Virus record (IMG/VR): IMGVR_UViG_3300015241_000002
Location: 1 to 64,000 of that record
Source of the DNA: a virus
Reading direction: 5' to 3' (one strand)
Length of the DNA stretch: 64,000 nucleotides
In this document: positions 9,218 to 19,320 of the stretch, piece after piece
Position numbering within the stretch: position 1 is the first letter of the stretch
Layout: each line of letters opens with the position of its first letter
The notes under the pieces: model-generated
What the model saw: only the letters and a program-made list of their open reading frames with translations
The model's database searches: none
What the model was told of the DNA's origin: nothing
Position numbers and translations under genes: made by a program

Positions 9218-9507
9218 CACAAGAAGATAAAGAACGTTACGTAGCTGCTATGCATGGCGTGCAATCTGGCGTAGCTATGAAAATGAATTGGGATACTAAA
9301 GAAACTGAGCCAAAAAGTCTCAGAGTCGGAGTTAATTCTGCACTAGTAGACTTCAGTGCTCTACAAAAATTATTAATAGATAAGGGTATAATCACAGAAG
9401 ACGAACTATATTCTGCACTTGCAGATATGGCAGAACTTGAAGTAGCATCATATGAAGACGAAATCAATTCACACTACAACACTAATTGGACTATCGAGTT
9501 AAAATAG
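9214..9507 (+). CDS. hypothetical protein
   Basis: 97-aa ORF with an ATGA overlap. It is the last gene of the left + strand block. Confidence 0.6.
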   Translation: MTQEDKERYVAAMHGVQSGVAMKMNWDTKETEPKSLRVGVNSALVDFSALQKLLIDKGIITEDELYSALADMAELEVASYEDEINSHYNTNWTIELK

Positions 9508-9511
9508 AAAG

Positions 9512-9577
9512 ACCACGACCCCATTCAATTGAGGGATGACACGGGGAGCTAGTGTCAAAATTGAATGGGGTCGTGGT
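9512..9577. terminator. large hairpin at the point where the + and - strand blocks converge (candidate bidirectional terminator)
   Basis: A perfect 19-bp inverted repeat: ACCACGACCCCATTCAATT (9512-9530) and AATTGAATGGGGTCGTGGT (9559-9577), with a 28-nt loop. It starts 5 nt after the stop at 9507. Confidence 0.6.
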
Positions 9578-9652
9578 GGTATATGTTGAGGTTATAAGAA
9601 AAAACGGAACTTCGAGGTTAGCACATGGCAAAGCCCCACAGGGGGCAGGAGG

Positions 9653-9820
9653 CTAACGACGGCGCGGTATGTCATCTGGGTTAAAGAAGGATAAAGCCCA
9701 AAAAGCTATCCCCAAGTAAAATAGATTTACAACATGATCGTTGACTGTAGGACCCTTGACAGCAAAGGCAGCGAACCCGATCAATAGAGCCGCAACTAGA
9801 ATACATAATGCCCTGAACAT
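9653..9820 (-). CDS. small membrane protein (55 aa), possibly lysis-associated
   Basis: Translated by hand. AGGAG lies upstream of the ATG at 9820. MFRALCILVAALLIGFAAFAV...LFYLGIAFWALSFF gives two hydrophobic segments. The gene follows the holin-like gene. Confidence 0.45.
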   Translation of the reverse strand: MFRALCILVAALLIGFAAFAVKGPTVNDHVVNLFYLGIAFWALSFFNPDDIPRRR

Positions 9821-9854
9821 TATGGCTCCTCGTTATAGAGGTTAGCGAGAACCA

Positions 9855-10046
9855 CTATACTTGCTTATTAGCGGGTGCAAGATATGTCGTAACTGCGACA
9901 AACACACCGGCAGCAATGGCGGCACCAATATCTGCAGCAATAGTCCACGTAGTAGCTCCAGTAGCGAGAGGTACGAAAGCTGCCACACCAGCAGCTATAC
10001 CTGCAGCGGCGGATTTATAAGCTTTTTGAATGCTAGTAATATTCAT
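9855..10046 (-). CDS. holin-like membrane protein
   Basis: 63 aa with two Ala/Gly-rich hydrophobic helices. It overlaps the stop of the upstream lysin gene by 4 nt. Confidence 0.5.
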   Translation of the reverse strand: MNITSIQKAYKSAAAGIAAGVAAFVPLATGATTWTIAADIGAAIAAGVFVAVTTYLAPANKQV

Positions 10047-11059
10047 ACTGGATTCACTCCTGTATCTCCATGGACTGTCACATTGACGTCTACGACTGAA
10101 GCGTTCAACGCCTCTGTAATAATAGCCTTGATCTGGTCACCTGTAAGTCCGGTCTTCTCAGCTAACGCATTGATAGTCGCAGTCTGTGCGGCAAGTACCT
10201 TACCGAACGGATTAGTTGTGAATCCAGAGAAGTCGTTCAACGTACCCTTCTCTGCACCTGTACCATCCATTGAGTCAGCTGGATAAAGTGCATTAGTCTG
10301 TCCGGTCAATACCATCAGCACAGCCCGTGGGACATACTGCTTGATGTGATCGTCGACAGCGGCAAAGTGTTTGTCCAAGTAAGTCTTAGTTGAGGCGTCC
10401 AATGTAATGTCCTCCTTAGTTGACGCGTAGGGCGAACCATCAGGCCACCAAGCGCGCAATCCATGTGGATCAGTAATCGTATTGATATCGGTACCAGCTA
10501 CTGGTGTGTTTAACCACTTACCGTCGATGTCATGTGATTGAACCATGCATACATGCGGCGATTTGATGTTGTATGGCATATTGAATGTAGAACCCATCAA
10601 CCAGTGCTGACCAGTTAGATATCCATTTGCACACAGATACTCAATTAGGTTTGATTGACCATAGATCTGGCAAATGTAGTGGCCTGCTAACCCTGCCTTC
10701 ACTTGATTAATCTTGGCACCCATCTCATGGAACCTATCGGCAGATGTAAACGTATCAAAGCTAAATGCACACTGAACTGTTCCATCGTCTGGTACACCAA
10801 GTGCACGACACGCAGCTATTGATTCTACACCTGCCGCCTTAGCCTCAGCCATAGTGGAGTCAAGGAAGAAGCTTGCCTTCCGCTCCCTATTAGGCAAGAA
10901 CCCCATTCCTAACTGTCGGGCCTTATCTACGCGGGCCTTATTAATTGGGTCAAATCCACCAGGCTTACCTACGATATAGCCTGTAATGGCTATCGCGCCG
11001 TGAACCTTTGCATCATTTAGATTGAACGGTGATGCTCCATCGTAAGCGAACTGAGCCAT
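10043..11059 (-). CDS. endolysin candidate, DUF1906 / Rv2525c-like glycoside-hydrolase-like domain
   Basis: 338 aa. The N-terminal 200 aa (AITGYIVGKPGGFDPI...GMGFLPNRE...AFSFDTF...IYGQSNLIEY) resemble the DUF1906 TIM-barrel family. The gene lies between the minor tail genes and the holin-like gene. Confidence 0.55.
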   Translation of the reverse strand: MAQFAYDGASPFNLNDAKVHGAIAITGYIVGKPGGFDPINKARVDKARQLGMGFLPNRERKASFFLDSTMAEAKAAGVESIAACRALGVPDDGTVQCAFSFDTFTSADRFHEMGAKINQVKAGLAGHYICQIYGQSNLIEYLCANGYLTGQHWLMGSTFNMPYNIKSPHVCMVQSHDIDGKWLNTPVAGTDINTITDPHGLRAWWPDGSPYASTKEDITLDASTKTYLDKHFAAVDDHIKQYVPRAVLMVLTGQTNALYPADSMDGTGAEKGTLNDFSGFTTNPFGKVLAAQTATINALAEKTGLTGDQIKAIITEALNASVVDVNVTVHGDTGVNPV

Positions 11060-11080
11060 GTTACCCCTTCCCTCAAGGGC

Positions 11081-11443
11081 TTACAAACCGATGCACACAT
11101 ATGCAACGGTGCAGTTATGGTTACCAGCAGCGTTGGCGCCACTCGTTGTAAAAATTCTCCAGTCAAATCCTGTAACAGTAATATTGCCAATAGTCAAACC
11201 TAGTGATGAAGGACCTCCAGCGCTATCGGCCTGAATCTCAGTGAATACCAAGGGTGGATCTTGGAAGGTTACACCAAAAGTAGTTGAACCAGAGGTGAAT
11301 GATGTACCCGCAACCAAATTAGCACTGAATGCATTAGTAAATGGAAATTCAGGATTAGTTCTAAGGTTCGTTATAGAACGTTGTAGATCGCTAAAAAGGT
11401 CATATAATGTATCGACTGTCATCTTAGGCCTAGGTACTGGCAT
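11081..11443 (-). CDS. minor tail / baseplate-associated protein (hypothetical)
   Basis: 120-aa ORF in the tail module, start/stop coupled to the upstream gene. Confidence 0.45.
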   Translation of the reverse strand: MPVPRPKMTVDTLYDLFSDLQRSITNLRTNPEFPFTNAFSANLVAGTSFTSGSTTFGVTFQDPPLVFTEIQADSAGGPSSLGLTIGNITVTGFDWRIFTTSGANAAGNHNCTVAYVCIGL

Positions 11444-12510
11444 TATGCTACCTCTGCCGTATCCTTAGTATAAATGACTGTCGTTAGCTTGTCCCCTTGA
11501 CTGATAGTATTTTGCCAACCAACTACACGGATGAGGTTGTTGTACTGTACATATTCGTCGTTAATTATTACAGTGAACTGTGATCCAAAATCAAAGTCCT
11601 TAATAGGCGTTAATACTCTACTTACAAGAGCAGGTATAATCTTAGTCGTTGCTGTAGCCTTGACCTGACTTGTAGCAGAGTTATTCAAAGCTGTTAGGTT
11701 GCTTAGATGCGAACCACGTTCTATAATTTGGTAGAGAGCATCGTATGCTGTTTGATTGGCTGCATCAACTGCGTTACCAATCACATTATTACTATTAGCT
11801 ATGTCGTAGTCATTACCTATTGCCTGTGCATTGTACTGTACAGAATAGCCATCCATGTTACCACCATACTCTAAAGTATTTGATAGAGCGGCAGCTGGCT
11901 TAATCTTTCCTCCATACAACTGTAGAACATGTGACGCACCGACAGTGCGGAAGAAAAAGTCTACACCGTCAGTGCTAGTCGATGTAGCATCTATCAAGTC
12001 GAGAATGAAGTTCCTATCTATGGCTCTATATGTAGGTGACATAGTTTGAGCATTGCTTGTTACCTTATTAGTAGTCATTTGCGTAGAGCGAATACTGTTA
12101 ACATAAGCGATTAGGTTGATAATAATGTCAGCACCGCCCTGTGCTGAGTATACCTTATTAGTCTTGAGTTCACGCTTTGCTAAGTAGGATAATGGATCTT
12201 GAGCTGCACAAGACAAGACACCAGTACTACTTGCAGGTGTAGCATCCCATAGAGGACCCGCAAATACTGGATCATCTTGACTCACCTTATTATCATAGAA
12301 CCAAAGTTCATGCTTACCTGGGTATAAGTTACTTTGATTGACCTGAGAATAGCCTCTATAAGGTATTTCACAACGGAATGATTGGCCACTAACGTTGAGC
12401 ATCTGTTCATATTGCACATTCCTGTAAGGTAGTGCGGCTATGAAATCACCATCATGGTCATGGGATTCAAGTTTGAATCTAGAATTGAGTGCCCCTAGAG
12501 CTGCCGGCAT
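11443..12510 (-). CDS. minor tail protein
   Basis: 355-aa ORF, the second gene downstream of the tape measure. The call rests on position only. Confidence 0.5.
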   Translation of the reverse strand: MPAALGALNSRFKLESHDHDGDFIAALPYRNVQYEQMLNVSGQSFRCEIPYRGYSQVNQSNLYPGKHELWFYDNKVSQDDPVFAGPLWDATPASSTGVLSCAAQDPLSYLAKRELKTNKVYSAQGGADIIINLIAYVNSIRSTQMTTNKVTSNAQTMSPTYRAIDRNFILDLIDATSTSTDGVDFFFRTVGASHVLQLYGGKIKPAAALSNTLEYGGNMDGYSVQYNAQAIGNDYDIANSNNVIGNAVDAANQTAYDALYQIIERGSHLSNLTALNNSATSQVKATATTKIIPALVSRVLTPIKDFDFGSQFTVIINDEYVQYNNLIRVVGWQNTISQGDKLTTVIYTKDTAEVA

Positions 12511-12512
12511 GA

Positions 12513-14132
12513 TTATCTCCAGGCGTCGTCGTAGGCATAAGAGAAACCTTCATTGGTAATCGAAGTAGATGAGCCTCCTGGTCTCTGCATAACGATCTGA
12601 TTAGATCCAGATAGTAAGGACCACCAAGTACGTCCTGTAATATACATAGACCAATCGCTACCATCGGAAAGTCTTGTAAGTGTTCGTCTCTTAAGATCTA
12701 ATACATAACCTTCACCAACTGCTGAATTTGCTAGATTTACGCCACCTAATTGATTAATGATTTCTATTCCAATAGTTGCGCCATTTACTGATTTACCAGC
12801 CACAATAGCAAAAAATTCTGGATTGTAAAATTTAAAAAATTGTCCTGGCGTCCCTATATCGGAAGTGTTATATACATTAAAATATATTAGAGGATATGTC
12901 TCTGCATTGCCATTATTGACCAGTGGAGTAGCAATATAATTGGCAATGCCTAGAGTATTTGCTACTCCAAATGTCGTAGCAACTGCATAAGCAACTGAAT
13001 CTTCGTTTTTCATTTGTATTTGGAACGGGGTGGATCCTATAGAACGTACCCTATCCAGGTCGGATTTGAATCCTATGGGCTTGACCATCAAGACACGTGG
13101 ATTTTGCCCAGGTAATTTAAAATAAAATGGTATAGCAACATCAACGGGGCTAGCTGATGTTTTTAATGTATCATAACGAGATTCATTGATGGGCGGGGTA
13201 TCAATTAAGGTTCCATCTATTACGACAGTTTTGCCTAAAGTAAACTTGGCATCAACATAAGAACCATTAGCACCATCTATAGCAGAATCCGATTCTGCAG
13301 CATCCAGATCTACCAGTCCAGTAACTGTATTAATATCATATATAGGTGGCGTTACGTCAGATGGATCATTAAGTAAAATACCGTTATCTGTTAGCTTGAA
13401 AGTCATATCATCCAATTGCACGGTAGGACCATAGAAAGTAATACCTACAGTGTTCCATGCACTAGAGGATGCGAGTGTAGAAGAATAGGTTTCCACCGTG
13501 CCAATACCCACAGGTGTAGTGACCATTGACTGTATTATAGTACCAGTAATAGTGGATGATGTAGTATATGCAACTGGAGGTGTGGTTCGTTGTGCGGTAG
13601 GAGCCGCTCCAGATCTTAGAAAGAACATTGATAATGCATTCGGAGCGGTAAGAGCCGGCATAGTTAATGAAGGAGTAGTACTTGTAGCGGAGTTAGCAGT
13701 TATAGATGAGACACTACTTACATTGTGTACTACATAAGCATGCATGCGAGTGGTACCACTAGTAGTAGTTGCTGATGCAGATCCTATGCCTATAACAGTG
13801 GCCGCCGCAATTCCACTTACCCAAATTCCGGCAAGTCCCATTGAGGCTACTTGTGTGAAAGTTAGCCCCGAACTTCCCACTCCTACCGAAGATACACCAA
13901 CATCCGAAACGGTAACTATAACTACTACATCGCCCTTATATATGACATTGAGGTTACTACCTACATAATTGATACCAATACCGTCTCCACAACTGGCACC
14001 ACTATTAGGCATAGTTTGCGCATTGTTAGACACAGAATTAGATATACCAGAAAAACCAGCTATAATAGCATTACTGATAACAGCCCAACCAATTGATGGA
14101 CTTGTCACACCTGGATAAGTAGTGAGGGCCAT
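12513..14132 (-). CDS. minor tail protein (distal-tail position)
   Basis: 539-aa Ser/Thr/Gly-rich ORF. Its start abuts the tape measure stop (ATG at 14132). The call rests on position. Confidence 0.5.
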   Translation of the reverse strand: MALTTYPGVTSPSIGWAVISNAIIAGFSGISNSVSNNAQTMPNSGASCGDGIGINYVGSNLNVIYKGDVVVIVTVSDVGVSSVGVGSSGLTFTQVASMGLAGIWVSGIAAATVIGIGSASATTTSGTTRMHAYVVHNVSSVSSITANSATSTTPSLTMPALTAPNALSMFFLRSGAAPTAQRTTPPVAYTTSSTITGTIIQSMVTTPVGIGTVETYSSTLASSSAWNTVGITFYGPTVQLDDMTFKLTDNGILLNDPSDVTPPIYDINTVTGLVDLDAAESDSAIDGANGSYVDAKFTLGKTVVIDGTLIDTPPINESRYDTLKTSASPVDVAIPFYFKLPGQNPRVLMVKPIGFKSDLDRVRSIGSTPFQIQMKNEDSVAYAVATTFGVANTLGIANYIATPLVNNGNAETYPLIYFNVYNTSDIGTPGQFFKFYNPEFFAIVAGKSVNGATIGIEIINQLGGVNLANSAVGEGYVLDLKRRTLTRLSDGSDWSMYITGRTWWSLLSGSNQIVMQRPGGSSTSITNEGFSYAYDDAWR

Positions 14133-17100
14133 TAGCCAACTCTCCTACTGAATTCCCAACCTAAGTCGGCTGCATGTTTAACAGGATCAATCTCTTGTGT
14201 TGTTATGTAGAAGTTCTGAGAAGGGCCTGTGCCACGTCCAGGCGTCACGCTGACCGTCTCAGCTCCACGCTCACCCACGCCGATGACGGTAGGCGTGTCG
14301 AATACAGTCGGCGACATCCCACCGCCGTACCAGTGTGGAGAGCGGTTTAGCCAGGTACCATAAGCGTTGGATGGGGAACCATAACGTCCTCTAATATAGT
14401 TGAGACCCCAGTTAATCTGAGTAGCTGGGTTAGTTAACCAGTCGGATCCGGAAGAAGCCATCTTACTAGCAGGGAGTGCCTGAGGAATTCCATAGGCACC
14501 ACTAGATGGATTTTTAGCAAATTGGGACCAGCCAGAATTACCTGTAAGAAAGATTCTTCCATCCTGTTCGGCCGTCCAAGAACCAAGCTCTGTAGTCACA
14601 CACCACACATCTTGTCTTTCTAACAATTTCGTAATTTGGAACTTACTAATATATGGTACTGTCATTCCAATTCTTCCAGCAGACTCCCCATGTGCTGTAC
14701 GTGATGGTTTAAATCCTTCTAAATAAACAGCAAGTTTAATAGCATCTTGCATTTCACCATTATTTTGTGTGATAGTTGTATGCCCACGATCACCATTCTG
14801 CCCTATGCTATGTCCTTCTGCATCTATCATTGCTGCAAGCCATGCAGAACGTTGCTCGATAGATAGTCCTAGTATAAACTGTTCTAGACCATAATCCATA
14901 ATTTGGGATCTTTTTACCAAATCTGTAACGTAATGGCGTGGAAGCAGGAAAATATGTTCTGGAAGCCAATTAGCTTTAGAATTACTGCGATTGGAAATTG
15001 TTTCAGTATAGTCTATACCTACCAACATAGCACGTATTCTAACAATTTGGCTTAACTTGGACTGATAAATTCTACCATCCCACTTACCATTGGATGTTTC
15101 GGTAAGGGTTCCATCTCCCTGTATCCACGCCAATACTGCTGCATCTTGAAGCGAAAGTGTCGGGATGCCATCAGTATTGGCAATGGCGGATAACCGAATT
15201 CGATGACCCCAACGAAGTTCATCTGTTCGTACAAATCCCGGAACTTTCTGCGCCCCGCCCTTTTTAATTACAGATTCCAACGGCTCACTCCACCAACGAT
15301 GGCCAGGAGTTACATCAACTTGCCAATTACGATTTCCTAAACGTTGAACTTCACGGTCTTCGTAATGGACAATACGAGTTATTCGTGTCCACTCGTTGCA
15401 ATCTAAAATAGGATTATAACCAAGTGTTTCGTCCCCAATTTCCACCTCGCCATGAGATAGCCAGCCGCGTTTGGTGAGAATTCGAGTTCGTAGTGGAACA
15501 CATTCGCCATTCCAGAGATTTATAAGGGATCCCATCTGATCTAATCCCCAACCAAATCTACCTAACTGACCCTTAGCATAAGCTTGATTAGCTAGAGCAC
15601 CCGCTCCAGTAACATTTCCTTGAGAACCAACTGACGAAGCCGCAGCTTTCGCAGCAGCCTTACGAGCCTTACCACCCAAATCATCGATCATACTTCTAAT
15701 TACTTGGTCTACCTTTTGATATCCACCACTGGATATATCCTTAATAATTCCACCTGGCATAGATCCAAGTGCAGCCTTAACTGGAGCTTCTGCCAAGTTA
15801 AGACCAGCTCTTAACATGGCTGCAACACCCTTGCGAAGTCCGCCCTCCACAGCGCCGACTGTACTCTTTAGAGCACCAGCAATACCTCCAATTATACCTC
15901 CCCCAATAAACATACCAGACTTGTCCATTGATCTTCTATTGGAAAACATGGAATTTATTCTGTCAATTCCACGCTTTCCGCCAATCGCACGAACAGCTTC
16001 TGGTATTAATATGCCCTCGCCGCCAGAGAACATATAAGCTGGCAACCGTATATTATCCTTACCTGGAGAGTAACCGGGAAGAACTCCACCTCTAGCAAAG
16101 CCTCTAGTATTAGGTGTATGTGCGGGGCCCTTAGCATTAGGGTCAGCAATAGTTCCTATCTTATCAATGTGGAAATGGCCTGGGAGGTGACCAAGCAGAG
16201 CGTTAATTCCACCGATAAAGGCATTGATTACAGAAATTATGCCATTGAGAGCACCTCTAATTGCTCTCTGTACTCCATTCCAAATGCTGGAAAATACATT
16301 TGACATTCCAGACCATAAACTTCTCCAACCATTACTTATGGCAGTAAATGTTGGGCTTATTACGTTACGCCATATAGCCTTAATGGAATTACCTGCCGCT
16401 GTAAATACAGGCTTTCCTATGTTATCCCAAATTCCACGAATTAGATTCCAAGTACCTCTCCAAACTGTAATCATTGCATTCCATATAACTCTGATACTAG
16501 TCCACATAAATTTAATACTAGACAATATGAAATCAAATATGGGTCGGCCTACATTATTCCATGTAGCCTTCATCAAGTTCCAAGTAGCCCTCCATAAACT
16601 GACCTGAGCACGCCAAATAATCTTGACACCGCTCCACATAAATCTAACAGTATCAAGTATAGCAGTAAATATAGGATGGCCTACCGTATTCCAGATAGCA
16701 GAAACAACGTCCCAAGTAATCTGCCATGTCTTTTTTAGAGCCTCAAAAATAAGTTTAATTTGAATACCTAATACAGCATAGAAAAATAATCCAATTCCAC
16801 GGATTACTGGCATGACCGCGTTCCATACATTTATTATAGCATGCCATAAATTACTCCAAGCATGGTCTAAATTATCTAATGCATGTAATACATTGTCAAA
16901 AGAATGCACTACATTCTGCCAAGCGTGCGCTATTGCCATAACAACTTCATTTACAGCCGTACTTATTGCTTTGTATATAGCATCCCAAGTAGACTTAACT
17001 GCATGGTATGCATTATCCCAAGCATGGACAACATTACTAGCTGCATGCGCTACAGCCTTGTAAACATCATTCCAGATCCTTACGGCAAATGACGATATTT

Positions 17101-18574
17101 GCTTCCAATATTTAATTACAAAGAATACTGCAGCAGCTATGGCAATTATAGCAAGTATAATTAAAGCAATTATTCCAAGCAATGGCGCCGCACCTATCTC
17201 GAACGCAGCCGCAGCGGCGGTCAATATAAGGAAGGCACCAGCCATAGCAATAATAACACCAACCAGTATCATTGCAACAGCTGTAGCAGCAAGAATATAA
17301 GTAATCCATTTCTTGACAGTCGGATTGAGCTTGTTAAACCAATTTAGTACAGCACTAAGCGCCTTCACTAAAGCTAGCTTGACAGGGATCAAATTATTAC
17401 CCAGCTCAATACGCATTGCCTGATATTGGTTTTTCAGCTGCTGTACCTTCGCCTGTGGGGTATTTGACATAACCTTGTAAGCAGAAGATGCAGCTCCGCT
17501 AGAGTTATGCATATCATTGGTCATTTCTTTCAACAAACCATTGGAATCACTAATTCCAAGGTTGAAGAAACGCATAGCTTGAATGGTACCGCCAGCACCC
17601 TTGAATATTTCATTAAGCTTAATAGCACGAGCTACTGGAGTTAATTTGCCTAACTTGTCTCGCATCTCAGAGACAATGTCTACCATGGGGCGGAATTTAC
17701 CGGACGCATCCTGAACTTCAATACCCATATCATGGAGATTTTTAATAGCAGTCGGCTTAGACAACGCATCCAAAGCACGAGATGCAGAGGCGGAAGCCAT
17801 AGCTGCGCTAAGTCCATTACGGGTTAGGAAGGCCATCATGCCGGCTAAGTCTTCGATAGACTGTCCAGCCTTCAAAGCTGAGGGCACAGCTCGACCAATG
17901 ACAGCAGCAAATTGCGAATAAGTACCGACGCCTTTTCTGACCAACTGGAACAAGACATCACTAACATGAGTAACTTGCTGAGCTGGTAATTTATAGGCGT
18001 TAAGTACGGCTATAATAGCTCTACCAGCTGTGGCCATATCGGTAGCGCCGCCCACAGAGGCCTGAGCTATAGCCTTAAGAATTTTCTCCGCACCAGGACC
18101 ATTAGTGTCCAAAGAGGAGAAAATATCGTATAAGGATTTTTGAATATCGTCAAAAGCTACTGGGACTGTTCTCGCTACTCGGAGTCCGATATCAGATAAA
18201 TCCTTGAAACTTACCTTAGCCTTGTCAACCTGTGTCAGTGTTAAAGAGACTTGCTGGTTATATTTAATGGCCTCATTGGTCATCTTGTTAAAGGCATTAA
18301 CACCAATGCCCCCAACAATGGCCATACCAGCACCTATGGTAATAAGATTTTTGCCTCTTGCTATTTGAGCCACCGTTGCTGCTTTGGCTGCTTTAGCAGA
18401 TTTTAAATCTGCAGCCGCTTGGGAGCCTGCAACTTTAATTCCTGCCGCCTGCATTTCATTAACACGCGCCTGTGCAATGGCAATGGAATTAAGTTGTTTA
18501 GAAGTACTAGCTAAGGCAATCGCAGCTTCATTTCTGGCACGCAAAATGAGGTAGATTTCGCTGGCTCCAAACAT
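14132..18574 (-). CDS. tape measure protein with a lytic-transglycosylase-like motif interrupted by an intein
   Basis: 1480 aa. The N-terminus is coiled-coil, followed by a hydrophobic block (ILAATAVAMILVGVIIAMAG...) and Trp-rich repeats (IWN.V....W). The spliced C-terminal region would read NLWNGE/SGWSQFAKNPSSGAYGIPQ. The gene follows the G/G-T chaperones. Confidence 0.9.
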   Translation of the reverse strand: MFGASEIYLILRARNEAAIALASTSKQLNSIAIAQARVNEMQAAGIKVAGSQAAADLKSAKAAKAATVAQIARGKNLITIGAGMAIVGGIGVNAFNKMTNEAIKYNQQVSLTLTQVDKAKVSFKDLSDIGLRVARTVPVAFDDIQKSLYDIFSSLDTNGPGAEKILKAIAQASVGGATDMATAGRAIIAVLNAYKLPAQQVTHVSDVLFQLVRKGVGTYSQFAAVIGRAVPSALKAGQSIEDLAGMMAFLTRNGLSAAMASASASRALDALSKPTAIKNLHDMGIEVQDASGKFRPMVDIVSEMRDKLGKLTPVARAIKLNEIFKGAGGTIQAMRFFNLGISDSNGLLKEMTNDMHNSSGAASSAYKVMSNTPQAKVQQLKNQYQAMRIELGNNLIPVKLALVKALSAVLNWFNKLNPTVKKWITYILAATAVAMILVGVIIAMAGAFLILTAAAAAFEIGAAPLLGIIALIILAIIAIAAAVFFVIKYWKQISSFAVRIWNDVYKAVAHAASNVVHAWDNAYHAVKSTWDAIYKAISTAVNEVVMAIAHAWQNVVHSFDNVLHALDNLDHAWSNLWHAIINVWNAVMPVIRGIGLFFYAVLGIQIKLIFEALKKTWQITWDVVSAIWNTVGHPIFTAILDTVRFMWSGVKIIWRAQVSLWRATWNLMKATWNNVGRPIFDFILSSIKFMWTSIRVIWNAMITVWRGTWNLIRGIWDNIGKPVFTAAGNSIKAIWRNVISPTFTAISNGWRSLWSGMSNVFSSIWNGVQRAIRGALNGIISVINAFIGGINALLGHLPGHFHIDKIGTIADPNAKGPAHTPNTRGFARGGVLPGYSPGKDNIRLPAYMFSGGEGILIPEAVRAIGGKRGIDRINSMFSNRRSMDKSGMFIGGGIIGGIAGALKSTVGAVEGGLRKGVAAMLRAGLNLAEAPVKAALGSMPGGIIKDISSGGYQKVDQVIRSMIDDLGGKARKAAAKAAASSVGSQGNVTGAGALANQAYAKGQLGRFGWGLDQMGSLINLWNGECVPLRTRILTKRGWLSHGEVEIGDETLGYNPILDCNEWTRITRIVHYEDREVQRLGNRNWQVDVTPGHRWWSEPLESVIKKGGAQKVPGFVRTDELRWGHRIRLSAIANTDGIPTLSLQDAAVLAWIQGDGTLTETSNGKWDGRIYQSKLSQIVRIRAMLVGIDYTETISNRSNSKANWLPEHIFLLPRHYVTDLVKRSQIMDYGLEQFILGLSIEQRSAWLAAMIDAEGHSIGQNGDRGHTTITQNNGEMQDAIKLAVYLEGFKPSRTAHGESAGRIGMTVPYISKFQITKLLERQDVWCVTTELGSWTAEQDGRIFLTGNSGWSQFAKNPSSGAYGIPQALPASKMASSGSDWLTNPATQINWGLNYIRGRYGSPSNAYGTWLNRSPHWYGGGMSPTVFDTPTVIGVGERGAETVSVTPGRGTGPSQNFYITTQEIDPVKHAADLGWEFSRRVG
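14537..15502 (-). mobile_element. intein (322 aa) with LAGLIDADG homing-endonuclease domain, inside the tape measure protein
   Basis: The N-terminal splice junction is GE/CVPLRTRILT (Cys1). Block B is TPGHRWW. Two dodecapeptide motifs are present (LAWIQGDGT and LAAMIDAEGH). Block F is VWCVTTELGSWTA. The C-terminal junction is IFLTGN/S (Asn then Ser+1). The joined exteins restore an E-S-GW...NPSSGAYG.PQ transglycosylase-like motif. Confidence 0.8.
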
Positions 18575-18587
18575 AGCTTAATCTACC

Positions 18588-19198
18588 TCATCTCTTATTA
18601 AGAGCAGCTTTTCTTTCTGCTTCTATACGCTTTCTTTCCTCAAGCTTGGCCATTCCATATAATCCAGCATTCAACAATGCTACATGATAATAGTCCTGAT
18701 CTAAAATGCCGCCTTGTCGAGGCAAAGAATGAAAAGATTTGCAGAGAGTAGTAAGTTCGAGTGCTAACTTGACTTCGTCATCTGCTTCTTTTCCCCCAGG
18801 TAGTAAGAGGTGCGCCTCGACGCGGCTATTCAGTTTCCCTGATCTTCCTCGTTAAAGTTATTCATCTCTCCAATATACTTTTCAATCTCTTGACCAACCT
18901 TTGGATCCAATTCATCAAGAGTAGCAACCTTTGTGAGATCCAAAGGCTGTTCGTCATCGCCAGTCAGATTATGTTCAACAACACAAATAGCGAATTCGAA
19001 AGCGCTAATCTTCTTGTTGCCCATTGCCATCTCACCCTTGAAATCCTTACTATTCCCATCAGTTTCGAACCCAAGGGTAAGCATAGAACGGCGCTCTACA
19101 GACTGTCCATAACTCATTCTTTTCAGCACAACATAACCGTCCGGAAGAGACTTGAGTTCTTTCCGTTCGGTGTTGAGACTAACTGTCGCTTTTGGCAT
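18588..19198 (-). CDS. tail assembly chaperone, -1 frameshift product (G-T-like)
   Basis: After a -1 slip on GGGAAAC the frame stays open for 81 further codons (LNSRVEAHLL...ERKAALNKR). It stops at 18588-18590, 14 nt before the tape measure ATG. Confidence 0.7.
18830..19198 (-). CDS. tail assembly chaperone (G-like)
   Basis: Internal ATG at 19198 preceded by GAGGGAG. The 122-aa acidic product lies directly upstream of the tape measure and ends right after a slippery heptamer. Confidence 0.75.
   Translation of the reverse strand: MPKATVSLNTERKELKSLPDGYVVLKRMSYGQSVERRSMLTLGFETDGNSKDFKGEMAMGNKKISAFEFAICVVEHNLTGDDEQPLDLTKVATLDELDPKVGQEIEKYIGEMNNFNEEDQGN
18833..18839 (-). other. programmed -1 ribosomal frameshift slippery site G_GGA_AAC
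   Basis: A canonical X_XXY_YYZ heptamer in the correct zero frame, immediately before the G stop codon (18830-18832). Confidence 0.7.
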
Positions 19199-19320
19199 TT
19201 TCGGCTCCCTCAGCCTAATATTATATACTACGATTTGTAGTAGTTTAATTGCTCCCCTTAAAATGATAGAGGCTAGATGGCATAATCTACAACCACCCAA
19301 GCACCTACCAGGCACTAAAA

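Noticed and set aside
16118-17309. Track ORFs on both strands inside the tape measure gene (16118-16303, 16224-16607, 16812-17063, 16904-17092 and 17112-17309).
   Set aside because: They lie wholly within the 1480-aa tape measure frame, lack Shine-Dalgarno sequences and have low-complexity translations. They are shadow ORFs of a long, repeat-rich gene.
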